Made by a program: the position numbers and the translations under genes. The notes beneath the pieces are model-generated. The model worked only from the letters and a program-made list of their open reading frames with translations. It was not told where the DNA came from and ran no database searches. This document shows, piece after piece, positions 27,100-39,199 of a stretch of 64,000 nucleotides of DNA. This stretch comes from Raillietiella orientalis (taxonomy: Eukaryota): contig JAYWIR010000003.1 in assembly GCA_036172245.1 (NCBI GenBank), positions 3,534,001 to 3,598,000 on the forward strand, read 5' to 3'. Position 1 is the first letter of the stretch. Each line of letters begins with the position of its first letter.

Positions 27100-29910
27100 G
27101 TCCCGGCATAACCGGGTGAGAATCATCCGTCTTAAAATACTCCGGCAGCCAAGAAAGTTCTCCAAGACCCGTAGACGGTGCGTGCCTCTTTGGTCAGAAA
27201 GATTCAGGTCTCCGGACTGCATCTGAGAGTCCATCCTTTGCACCTCAGAGATCGTCCGCATTGCGCATCTCCCATCTTCCACAGTGGCGCCACCATCCCT
27301 CCAGATCTTCTGCGGACCTCCTGAGAATGCATTTCCTGATTGTCTCGAAATACTGACCTTGAAAAAAAAGTGCGCACGCCCCAATGAGCGTTCCAAGAAC
27401 GACGTATTGAGAAAAGAGAATGTCAGCGACACCACCGAGGTTCTCGAAGATCAAGCCCAAGTCCTCCCGCATCGAGACTTCCAGATGCTAATGACAGCTC
27501 GAACTTTTTCTGCCTCTTCTTCGCGGCCTTTGTTTCGAATGCAGGCAGGCGGTAGGAGCGAGTCTGGAATTCCTCGATCGTCTCGCTCATTCGGCTCCTC
27601 ATAGAGCATAGAGCACGTCTTCGAGTCAACCGCGCTGCTACAGGTTTCAGTGCAAGAGGATTTTTCATTTTGGATGTGCAGATGCAGTGCTCGGAGGTGG
27701 AGGAATGCACCTACCAGGTGATGACTCAAGAGATGCATGGAAAACGGAGTCATAGGCACTCAACAAAAGGGTTTCCTACCCTTCGAGGGGTGCCGGAGCA
27801 GAACTTTGTTCTCCAGAAGAGACTGGACTCTGCTCAACGCTGATGGCGGGATTTTTGTGCAGTGTTCATAGACTTCACGGATGCCTTCGGGACAGCATCC
27901 CATGAGATGATCCTGGGAACATTGAAAGAAGCTGGGGCAGGCAGCGAATTCATTAACATCATCTAAGACATACTCTGGAAGTTCCACCTATGTCCAACTG
28001 GAGTCGACGTCAACAAGAACAAGTTATTCGTGCGGTGAGGAGTGAAGCAGGACTGCCCGCTGAGTTCACTCCTTTCCATCTTAGCAGTCGAATCCATCCT
28101 TCGTTCGATGAGAGAAAGCTATGGGGAAGATGTAATCCTGGCATACGCCGAGGACATCGTTATTTGAGTTAAAGACGCTCAAGAATGGAAAACCAAGGTC
28201 GTCCACTTTCAAGATTTAGTGGAGCGAGCCGGCTTATCCATCAATCCAGCAAAGTGCGCCTCGTTGCATTACAGCGGGAAACCCCCCTAAAGGACCCAGG
28301 GAAATTGATACAAATGTGAGAAAAGGGAGAATCCCTTGTATTGCCTTAGCAGAGGCGTACAAATACTTCGAAAACCCTTTGGGATTAAGGTGTTCAACTC
28401 GTGTCTTTCGAGGGAGAAAATCTGAGAGAAGGCAAGTACCATCCTAGATAGTGGAGTATCCGGATAGAAGAAAGTGGATGGCATAAAGACCTTCTTCCCC
28501 AGCCTAGTTCACTACGAGAGGCTGGCAACCCACCGAAAGGAAGAGTGCCAATACACAGACGAAGAAGTCAGACGGAGAGTAAAGAGGTAGCCAACGAATA
28601 CCTGTACAGAGAAAGAAGCAAAGGCTGCCTGGGATCGATGAAGCTAGTCAATGGGTCGGACATGTTTACCATCGATAGCTGCTTTAAGTTACTCACCTCC
28701 TCGGGAAACGCAGTGAAGAGATTGGCTCAAGAGACACTAAACGAGGTGGTTCAAAGGAGAGTCCTCGAAACGCCAAGAGATGATGACCTCGGGGAATTCG
28801 TGACGGGCACTTCCTCCGGAGAATTCGTACAGCATGGCAGGGATGTCGAGAGCCTTTGGTCAAAAGGAAGAAGGGCCTCGAGAGAAGAACAAAAGCCCGC
28901 TGGAAATTTGCTGATGGAGAGCCCACCACAACGGTCGACGGTTTCATCTTCAGCAGCACCAAGAGGAGGAAGATCACCTTCGGGGTGAGAGCACTGCAAG
29001 GGAACAGGCATGGCAATCCCTGGTCCAGAAACACATCAGCTAAGGGAAATCTATGCAGTGTGTGGGCATGCACCACGTCTCAAGCTTCTTTTTCACCAAT
29101 GGTGATCACCTGAGGTTCCAGGACTGCAAATTCATCCACGTAGCCAGACTAAACGTCCTACCAGTCAGGGCTGGACCCAGGATGAAACCAGAAGAACGCG
29201 CATGTCGGCACTGACGGACAGAAAACGAAGCGTCGTCTCACATATTAAACAGATGCAGGAGACACTTTCATCTGCCCATTGCGCGACACAGCGCGATTCA
29301 AGAGATGATCATCGAGGCCGCATTGGATGAAGCAACGTGGACCCCAGTGTCCACTAACCAGAGAACTCCAGGAACAAACTCCCTCTTATGACCAGACTTG
29401 GTGATGAAAAAAGGAAACCGATTTATAGTGCTGGACGTCTGCAGTCCGTACGAGTTCAGAGGAGAGGCGTTCAGAGCATCCAGGAGGAGAAAACAGGAAA
29501 AGTACAAGGAAGTGCCCTCCAGCTAGGAAGAGAGGGTAAGTAATGCAGGGTGCATGCTTTCATCGTCGGCTCCCTGGGAGTCTGGGATCCAGGCAACGAG
29601 TAAGTGCTGCAGGATCTTGGAGTTCCAAAAAAGCACTTGGTGACGATGAGGCATCGGATGGTAGCTTCGTGCATCCGGTACTCCAGCGACATCTATGAAG
29701 CCCAGGTCACACGAGGGACCGACAAACGGATGCAGCCGGAGAACCCCAGCGGTCAGCTCTCGCGAGACAAAGAACAGGAAGCTGAAGAAGCGACATGCTG
29801 AGAGGTGACGAGAGCCCCAGATGAACAGAGGAGAAATTCAGGAAGAATGTCAAGAGTCCCCCCCCCCCTTGTAACACGTCATCTAATTGTAAATCAAAAC
29901 AAGAAAAAAA
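27100..29910 (+). mobile_element. Decayed NeSL/Utopia-like (R2 superfamily) non-LTR retrotransposon: RT, CCHC and restriction-like endonuclease
   Basis: Motifs in order: QQKGFLPFEGC, FIDFTDAFGTASH, GVKQDCPLS, LAYAEDIV, GLSINPAKCASL, FIHVARLNVLP, CRH*...SHILNRC...ARH, PDLVMKKG..IVLDVCSPYE, KQEKYK, FIVGSLGVWDPGNE, RMVASCIRYSSDIYE. An A-rich tail lies at ~29895-29910. There are multiple stops and frameshifts. Confidence 0.9.
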
Positions 29911-31445
29911 CGGCACTTTCCCTCCTCTGTCACGGGAGCGAGGTCGTACATCGGTGCAGTCCTCCTCCGTGAGATCCTACTTCCTGAAAGCGCCCTTCAC
30001 GGCTTCCTCTTTGACATGGCCAGGAGTCGAATCTTCGGCCGGGAGTGGAAGCGGCGACGCACGTGCGTGCCTTCAGGCGTCCTCCCCCCCCCGCATCCAA
30101 ACCTACGTCACGAGAGCCGGGAGGGAGGGGAACGAGAGCCTTGTCGAGTCGTGGAGTCACCGAGCATAAACTCCTGGGAAACGGGAAGAGACGCTTTTTT
30201 TTTTTCCCCTCCAGTTCTTCTCGTTTCCGGTTTGGCCCGTGACGTTCCCTTCTTCCCGATCACGTGGCAATCCTTCGGGCAAAGGATGGTTCCCCGCGCA
30301 CTTTTGCCCTTGCACCTGATGGCTTCCTAGGGCGAGCCGGCACGCAAGGAAGTCTCGATTTTCCTCGAAGCTGTGAGTGAAGCCGGCTGACCCGACTTGT
30401 CACCCAAGGGGGAAAAACCCGATTGGATGCGCAGAGCTGCAGCCTCGCCTCCGGAAGTCAGCCTCTTGCCTTTACCTCTTTCGCAAGACGGAATTTTCCT
30501 CCTCCCTGGTTCTTCCCCCCCCCTCCCCCATCCTCGACGGAGATGCGGAGAAGGGTTGCACCTCAAACTCTTCCTCGAAGATGAGCCCGCGCTCCCCCGG
30601 AGACGAACCGCAGAATGCGCCGATCGCACATCCCGCATCTGCCGGCCTTCGGAGCCCTTCAGCGACTCGGGAGACACTCATTCAAGCGGATGGCGAGAGC
30701 CACTTTCGAATCGTCATTACCGGGGTAACGCGCGAGTTCTTGATGGATGCTTCCGCAGCGTCAGGGAGGCGGTGGGCCGGAAACGAATCGATGACAAGTG
30801 CTGCATGGGTTCCCGTAACCTGAACTCGCGCCGCCGGTGGATGCGTTTCCGCCTGGAGCCGGAATGGTCCACGGAGCAGCGGGCAAACGGCAAACCGCTG
30901 CCCGTCGTCGCCCTCAGTGCTCCGAGAGGCGGCCTGGCCGCGTCGGGAATGGACCCCTCCCCTGCCTCGCTGCGGGAAGCTCGCGGACCCGAAATTTCCG
31001 TTCAGCGAAAACCCAGAGATGCGGTCCACACATCGCGGCGGCGTGGCCTTAATTTACATTTCGTGCCCGAGACGGAAAACTCGCAATGTCAACAAGCGGA
31101 CGGAAAACAATTTGCAGCTGCCCAGCACCTTGCTGCGGGAGAGAGAGAGCGGGAGTCCCGGAAGAAATTTACGGGAAAAGCCTGCAAGCATGACTTGGGA
31201 AGCGGAAAACCAGTTCAGACGTGGGAAAGTCGAGGACGGGTCGCCGACGAAGCAGTACAATAAAGAAATGAACTCAACGGTTTGAAAATGGGAACAAGAG
31301 AGCTCCGGCATCACCGGTAATCATGGAGAAGAAGTCTCTGTGTGCTCTGCGGAATTGCAGTACGAACGAATTCAGGCATGAATAATTGCCACTGAGAGAT
31401 GCCTTGTAATTGCTGCTGGTGTGGATGGGCAAGTGGTGGAGCCAA

Positions 31446-31600
31446 CCTTGAAAGGGTACATGTACTAATGGTGCTATAAATTTTATACCATTAATTTACG
31501 CCCTCGAGTGGACGTGACGTATCCTAATAATGCTATAAATTTTATACTGCCAATTTAAGTCCTTGAATGGATACGTCGTGCTCTTTACAATGCCATATTA
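31446..31600. repeat. Degenerate tandem repeat, ~59-60 bp unit, ~2.5 copies
   Basis: tgctataaattttatac occurs at 31472 and 31531, with a degenerate third copy tgccatatt at 31591. Confidence 0.75.
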
Positions 31601-31817
31601 GCAAGGTGCAGAATGAAATTTGATCCTACTGTTCGTAAATAGGAAAATAAATTCACATATAATCAGATGGAGAAAGATTGAGAGCGGCTCGTGACTTTCG
31701 ACGTTAGAGGTTGTCAAAAAAGCGAACCAAGCGCTTAACCCTCCCGCAAAATCTCTGCACTCTGAAAGAACACGGTTTCCATGCACCTGGAAAAACGTGG
31801 AAAGTGCGCATCATCGC

Positions 31818-32797
31818 TGTTGATTCGTCACCGCACCGCTAGATGCCGAGGTTCAGTTCCGATGCACGAACAGAGATGGGGCGCTGCTCGGAACGGAAAG
31901 CTCTCACGCACTGCGAACTCTCCTTCCCTTGCCTTTTCTTTCCCTTTCCACTGCCCCCCTTCTTTCTTTGCTTTTCCTGCGCCAAACGAGAACCGCCAAA
32001 AAGGAGGCGAACTCGTTCCCACGCGACCGCGAAGAACGCACCGCGCGTGCGCCGCAGCACCATCCGACGACCGTCACCACCGCCACCGGCAAGCTGCGGG
32101 GGGCCGGTTGCTCCCGGGGCGGGCGCCAGAAAACTTGCACGCGCCCGCCCGTGTATGCGACGACGAGCAAGGCAGGCCTCTCTCTCCTTCTCCTCACGTG
32201 GGGTGGGCGGGAGCAAGGGGGACGCGACTCGGCAGCGCAGCGTGGTCACCGTCGCGGTCGTCTGTCGTCGCCTGCAGCGGCGGCGGTGCGGGGCAGCAGC
32301 AGCGCGCACCGGGTCGTGCGCCACCAGCTGCCGCGACCCGGCGAGCTGGTGCGCGTCCGAAAGCCAGCACTTTGCTAACACCTCACCTTGCCGCCCGCCG
32401 CCTCCCCGAAAAAGAAGTCGCGCTGTCCAAGTGGGGTGCGTGTCTGGTCAGGCTGAGGGGGTGCTTGGTAGCGCGCTAGTGGGCGCGACCGAAGGAGACG
32501 CGGAGTCTCCCGTCGGAGGGTCAGCGGTCCGTCAACCAGAATGCGCGGGAAGGCCACATCGCCTTCTCCTTTGCGGAAGACGCGCAGGGGAAGCTTCCTG
32601 TTTGCTAGCGCCTCAACCGAGCGGGGGACGCTCGCACCGAACACGACGCGCTGCTGGCTACGAAGGTTCAGGAACGCTAATCAGCACCTCAGGGTCTTCC
32701 CTGACCTCTTCAGCCAGATCAGATGCTGTCTGCCAGCTGCCCGCACGTCGAAGCGAAGAGCAATAGCTCTTTTCCCAGTTGGCCGATGAGGAAGCGT
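31818..32797 (+). repeat. Left arm of a long, near-identical inverted repeat
   Basis: This is the reverse complement of 53163-54099. The ORF track gives identical translations on opposite strands (e.g. 31929-32378+ equals 53539-53988-). Differences I could see are one SNP (31837/54080) and 44 nt at 32721-32764 replacing 1 nt. Confidence 0.97.
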
Positions 32798-33249
32798 TCT
32801 CAGTGGTTGCCTGCCGTCTTTGCGGGATGGTGGAGGCCTGGAACGCTGAAGAAAGAGACCGGTACGGAAGGGACCTCGTTCGAAATCCCGAAAGAGCACA
32901 AAAAATAAGGACGTGTGCTTGTTCTATATAGATTATTGCATAAATTTATTTTAGTACACATAGTTATCCATATTTATTGACGTACACATTAGTAACAGAA
33001 ATAGTATGGGAACAGATGTATTTATTAAGATTCAGTAACACCCATTTTATTAATAAAATTAATATAAATTGTTGATTATATTTTGATATGTATACTAAGA
33101 TTATAAAAGATAAACATGTATGCTTATTATGTGTATATTTGTATAAAGATTAAAGATGAAGACAAATTAATACATATTATGAACATAATAAATATATCCA
33201 CATATGCATTTATTTTTTGTAATCTCCATTGCCGAGGCGGACCTGGCTG

Positions 33250-34250
33250 ATCCGCGAGTCAGCGTCTCGGCAGGGTTCTTAGTTCTCTGGACATGGTAGG
33301 GAGAAGAGTCCAACATTTGCAAGCGCCCTGGCGTGACCGAGTGGTAACCCTTGCTGTTCCCTGTTGCTCAGCGACCCGCCCGTGCCGAAGCGCGACGCCT
33401 ATCCAACGTCTAGTCCGCCTTCTTGGCCTTGCTCGACGTTTATCGCTAGGGTCGGCCTCTTCCTTCTCTGCTGCGCTGCCCTCCCTGAGGAAGGCGAATG
33501 GCAGCAGTCTGTCGGCAAGATGGGAAGTTCCCTGCGAGATCACAGGCAGGAGGAAGATGATGAGTGATTGGACCACAGGGCAGCTGACGGACGCTGCGAC
33601 CCCGAGTGCCCTTCCGCGAGGACTACAGCTGCTGGGGCGGGCTGCTCGGTGTTCTTTGTGAAGAACTGGAGTGACCCCAAGTGTTCGCGAACAGCGGCAT
33701 CCCCTCCCCCTGAAGTGGGAGAAGTCGACATTTTTGCTGTTGCACTGGGGTCTTCCCTGTAACCTCCGCCGACACCAGCGGACACTGGGGAGTACCAGCC
33801 CGGACTGTGGTAGATGCAAGGAATACGAATCCCCCCTCCTGAACTGCCTGTGGTCTCTGTCGCTCTCCGGCCCCTGTGGGAACGTTTGGAGGTGACCCTG
33901 AGGACCCCGGTTGGCAACCCCAGGGGCGCTTCGATACTCCTCTTCGTGCTCCAGCCGCAGCCTTAACAGCCGTTCGCTGCATCCGCGCGATCGTGGCGGC
34001 CTGGAGCGAGGCCGACAGAGGACGAGATGGGAGGGATGCCGTTCGGTTCTCAGTTGGCTCTCTGAGGATGGCAGCCAGATGGTCTCCCTCCTGGGAATGC
34101 TGTGCAGGTGGAACGTGCCGGTGCATCCTGGAAAGGATGCAGAGGACTCCCTCCGGCTGACCCTTCCCGGTCCCTTCCCGACCCTCCAGAGTGTCTTTAT
34201 TTATTCTTCATTTAATTCTTATTTTTCTTTTTGTTTTTCTCCTCCCTTTC
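33250..34250 (+). mobile_element. L1/Tx1-like LINE 3' end, copy D
   Basis: LLHWGLPCNLRRHQRTLGSTSPDCGRCKEYESP (zinc knuckle), then AALTAVRCIRAIVAAW and CILERMQRTPSG, matching copy B. A T-rich 3' UTR follows at 34195-34245. Confidence 0.7.
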
Positions 34251-37200
34251 TCTCCTCTCCGCTGTCGAGGTGGACCTCTCCGGTCAGCATATCAGCATCC
34301 CTGAAGGTCATCGAAGAATTGGACGCGGTAGGGCTATGCGCTCTATCACTTTGCCCCTGCCACGTTGTAAGCTTATTTTGCTGCAGTGGACTCCCCGGTG
34401 TGACTGGGTGGCCACGCCAGGCTCGACCTCGGTCATCCACGCAGAAATGACGTGGAGACGGGAGAGACAAGCGTCATCGCGAGGGAGTATCGCACCTGCA
34501 AGTGCCCGCGAGGGAGAAGGAGGGGAGAGTGGGACGGATGCCGACCGGTCGCAAAGGCGCGGCCGAGCCTCGGCGGGCTGCGGCTGATGTTTGCGAGGAG
34601 ATTGTGCCTCCTCCCGAGCAACGGAGGCGGATCTCCCGTGGGAGGATTCCCCTGTCCCGTCAGGTGGCGCCTTCTTCCACGAAAAACCCACCCATCTTCG
34701 AAATGCCTCCTTCCCGGGGGGGGGGGGGGTCCACCGACCTATTCGATGAGGGCACCTGCGGCCGAACCTCGCCGCATGTTCTCGACGCTGTGTCCGAGGA
34801 GGGGACGCTTCCAGGCGAGCTACAACGCTCTCCCCCCCCCCCCGGGTGTTGCACAAAAGCGCTCGAGATCGTAGCCAGAAGGCTACGGCTGGGAAAGGGT
34901 TCTTCTTGCCAGGAGGAGGTGATGCTCTTCGCTCTGGAGGATCGCCGGAAACAGGACCGTTACTGCTTAGTAACGCGCACGCGTCCACTCCCCTTGCCGG
35001 TCCCGGTGAAAGGACGGGAGATCCTGGAGGAGCTTCTGACGGGGAGGAGAACCTCGAGAGTCGTCTTCCCGACCCGGCGAATCTTCGCGGGCGGATGCCA
35101 TTTCCCCAGGCGCATGAAGGCACTTCGGGAGCTCCGGAGTTCGTTCCTGGCTTCCCGCCCCCAGCCCGGATGCGATCCAATGTAACTCCCAGGAATGTGG
35201 GGAGAAGGAGGAAGTCAGCGGACCGGAAAAATCTGGTCATCCCAACCTTTTGAGGACCGCTCGTGCGCTTCCTACGGTGGTTCCGCGGATCGGGCGTAGC
35301 CCGCGTGCCTACTCCGGGAATGCTCTGCCACCGGTCCGGAGAGCCGACAGTCCGGCCGAGGAAGCGCCACAATAGCCCCGTCCCCCCCGTCTTTCCGTCC
35401 GTCCGTCCTCTGTCCGTCCTCGGGCAGTCATCTGCCTCGCTTCTCCGGCAAGTGGGCCGAATCCTCTCCCCTGCTCCCACCAGCCCTCCCCGTCTTCCCC
35501 GACCTCTTGCTCCTCCCGTCGCTCGGTACCACTCCAGATCACCCCTGTTCTCCGCATCCTTCGCATTGCACTGACTCGCGAGATTACCGCCACTCTTTGT
35601 TGCTGCCCCACTCCGGCTTGACGACTCACAGCTGCTGGTCCGTGCAGTCGGGTAGGGGACGCAAAGAAGAGAGCTCTCCCCTCCCTCGTGCTGGTATCCC
35701 ACTCACGGCTTCCCGTGGCACGCGGGAGCATCCCGAGACGCCGTCGACCGGTTCTGGATGTCGCCTAGGGAGGAAGAGAAGGGAAGGGGACGAGAGAAGA
35801 GCTGAGACCTTCTTGGAGGTTCGAGCGGGTGGGTGATTGGTGGTTTCCTTTGGTCTGAGGAGGTGCGGAGTTCCTCTCGCCCGCGCAGGCAGGGAGAGCT
35901 GGGAGTGGAGCGCGCGGGAGGAAACGTCTTCCCACCCCCTCCCTCTCCTCGTCAGCAAAGAAGGCCACTCAAGAGGCTCCCTTGAGCCCACTGGGGAGAA
36001 GAGTCGCCAAGGGGCCAAGGGGCAGATGGCATACTCCGGGTTTCCTCTGCAGCCGATCCGCGGACCGCCGCGAGATTGCTCGTCCTCCTGCCAGGGGGAA
36101 GAAGGGAGAGCGGGGGCGCACCCGTTTCGCCAGGCTCCCTCCTGCCTCCCGCCGCCGACACCGCCAATGCATCGCTCCCATGACCGAGACGCGGCGTCCC
36201 TTGTGCTGCGTAATCCCGTCAAATCCGTCCCCCAGGGAGAAGAACAAAACCGGGAATCCTCGACCGGGAGGAGGAGGCAATGGCTGGGAACCACAGGACG
36301 AAATGCTCCCCGCTCTTCTGCCCCCGGTGGCGTTTTTTTTTTTCCTTCTCCCCCTGCTGGTGTAGCCGCAGATTCTGCCGGGGTCGGGGAACGGTCGAGT
36401 CCTGCGCAGTGGCGAGCGCCGCCCTGGTGGCCGCTCGGCGCGGCGCGGGAACCAGGGCGTTGGAGAGGAGGTGCCCGGAAGTCGCGGTGGATTCCTGTGG
36501 CCTGGAGACGGCATCGCACCGGCCTGAGGATCTCGTGGGAACTCCTCCGGCCAGCCTTTCCCATTTGGAACCCCCCCTCAACCTCCCAGCGCCCAGTCGC
36601 CGCCGCGAGTTGCGGGGAGCCCAGCGGCTCCTGACTCGCCGGACTGACTCACGAGAAGGGGAAAGGGGGGAGGGATCCAGACTTCGTCTCGCAGAAGGGG
36701 GTTCCCGACTCGCCCTCCACAGCCGGATGGGAGCTCCAGAGCCGGTTCCAGACTCCTGCGAGGCTGGAGCCGCACTGGGGAGGCACGGCGACCCTCATAC
36801 TCTCCGGGAGCCCGGGAACACTCGCGTCCCGGAGCTAGGAAGTCGCGTGCAGGAAGCCACGAGCTCGTGTACGACCATCGCTCCAGGGAGCACAAGCAGC
36901 AAAGCATCCTGAAGCTCGAGACTCACCCACGCGGGAGGGGGCTGATCCCTGGCTCAAAGATGAGGTGTAGCAGCGACACAAGAGCGTGTCCCCAAGGAAT
37001 CTTCCCGTGTCCCGGCGTGCGGGAAGAGCTCTAAGCGAAGGAGTGCGGAGCGCGCGGGAGGTTACCGGTATGAAGGGAACACCCCCTGAAGGCGTTGGCA
37101 CATCCGTAGTCAGGTTGCTCCGGGAATCAAAGCGGGAAGCTGCGTCATCACTCGCTCTTTACCCTCCTTCCATCCGTCCCTTCGCCAAGGCAACGGGGAA

Positions 37201-39199
37201 GCAGACAACCTTTCCCTTCTTTCACATCTGTCGCATCGGAGCAGGGAGGTGGGGGATAGCCGGAGGCTAAGGGGCTCCATCCTTCAGAAAGAGACCTGAG
37301 AGGAAGGAATAGCCCCCAGGAGGAACGCTTCTCCATCCGCATCCAGTAGGGATCGCGCAGGAAAGGGCCAAGGAGAGAGCGACGTGGGGGCCTCAATTCC
37401 CTCCTTAAAGGTGCCGTTCCGACAGGCATATTGAAGAGAAGTGGGGAGAGAGTGAGGACAACGGTGGCTCTACGGAAACAGCTGAGAGATCGGCAGTCCC
37501 CATGGAGCCCTCATCCTACGGGAAAAGAAAGTCTTCCCCGCTCTCCCCTGACTCTCCCTCTGCTCGCGGCTTTCTCGCCTATTGCCTTCACATCCAAGGA
37601 CGCTGCTGCTGGATCGGCGTCTCGCATCTCTGTGTAGTCCTCCCGCACTTCCTCCCTCCCCTTCTTGTCAGGAGACGTCTCGGCTGGGACACCGAGGTTT
37701 ACCTCGGCATACATCGTCGGATTTGCTAGGGAGAACTACTGGCAGCGTGTAGCTTCCCATTGTCACTCTTCGGTTGCCAAGCGACCTAGCTTTCGTCCTA
37801 GGGAAGTCTGACTTCATATGCCATCTGTTCGGACGGGGACTACCTCGAGGAAGAGAGGAGACTGGGCTGCCTCCCTCGTCTTCCTCTACCTTCCCACGAA
37901 GAACTAAAAGGAGTTGCCGGTGCCGGCACCTGGAGAAAGGACGGAAATTTTGCCGTAACCTAGTGAAGACCTTTTCCAGGATTCTCCCATGTTCCACCTC
38001 CTCTTCTCTTCTTCCTTGCTGCTTTCCTCCCTATTCTCCTTTCACCTCCTCGCGTACTCCTCCTTCCTCCTCTTCGCCCTGTAGTCCTGCTATCCCTTTT
38101 GGGTGCCACTAGCCCAATTCCTAGGAGATGGGGAAGCAGCTATGTGCACTCAGCCAGTTCTCCAAGATGGGTGTGGAAGAGGGTAAGGGCACAGGGCACA
38201 TCACAGCTCGTTCTTCGTGAGGATGCTCCGAAGGATGCACCCAGTCCTTTTCCCGGGCACACGCGCCCCGTCCAGGCCCAACTTGCGACAAGGAGCCGAG
38301 TTTTTTCCCTCTCTTCCGCCGTTCTTCCTGATGCCGCGTTCCCGTGGCAACGAACTTTCCCTTTCCCCACCCTTCCTTCAAGGAATGTGGCAGCTGTTCG
38401 TGCCCCTCCTCTCTCTGCGCCTGGTCTTTTCTATCCGTCCTTTCTTTCCCTTCCCCCCTCCGGATCTTCCGGGAACGCCCCCTCCTGGAACGCTGCCTCC
38501 GCGTGTGGTCCCCCTGCGCTGTGCAGCGGTCTCCCGGGAAACCGGCGCACTCGCCTTCATCCCTGTCTTGTCCTCGTCCACTCGAAACGTACCCTCTTCT
38601 TTTCCCCATCCCCTCACTTTCCCTGGGAGCGGCCTCCAGCCTTCAAGGCAAAGGGAAAGGGGGAGAAGCGGAAGGTCCGAGCTGTTCCCAGCTGCAACCC
38701 TACCGCAGCGATCCGCGCCCCATCCTGACTCCGGGCAGCGCGTGGGAGGAGGAGCCTTCTGAGATTTCCTGTGTTCGGTAGGGGAACGACGCCCAGCGGC
38801 AAAAGGCTACGTCTCCCATCCCGGAAGGGGGAAGGGCGTCTCCCTAGGAAGGGAAGAGTGCGTATAAGGGGCATGAAAGGGGCAGCAGGCTAGGGAGGCC
38901 TCCCGGACAGTCCCGTTCCGGGGGATACATCCGAGACGGCGGTAGCCAGTTCCCGCTGCATGCCGGAGGATCAAATCCTGGGCGAAGCCAAGGGGGAACG
39001 AGTTGGAGCACTTTGGATCCTGTTGCCAAGGACTCCGACTCTGGAAAAAGCAAACTGGATGCACACCCGTCTCCCCCACTCAAGGGATGGGAGCATCTCT
39101 CTCTCACACGGGAACCTTCCTCATAGCGGACAGTCCTCTTCTCACCCTCTTCTTCCCCTCCTTCCTTCCCCTCTTCCCAGAGAGAGCGTCCCAACCCCT

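Noticed and set aside
32721..32764. The net 43-nt indel between the inverted arms as a gained or lost micro-intron
   Set aside because: The size matches the KDELC introns, but there are no GT-AG ends on either strand.
31843..32766. The 307/327-aa ORFs in the inverted arms as a transposase or gene
   Set aside because: Arg/Ala/Ser/Gly-rich with no domain motifs, and several overlapping frames are open, as expected for high-GC DNA.
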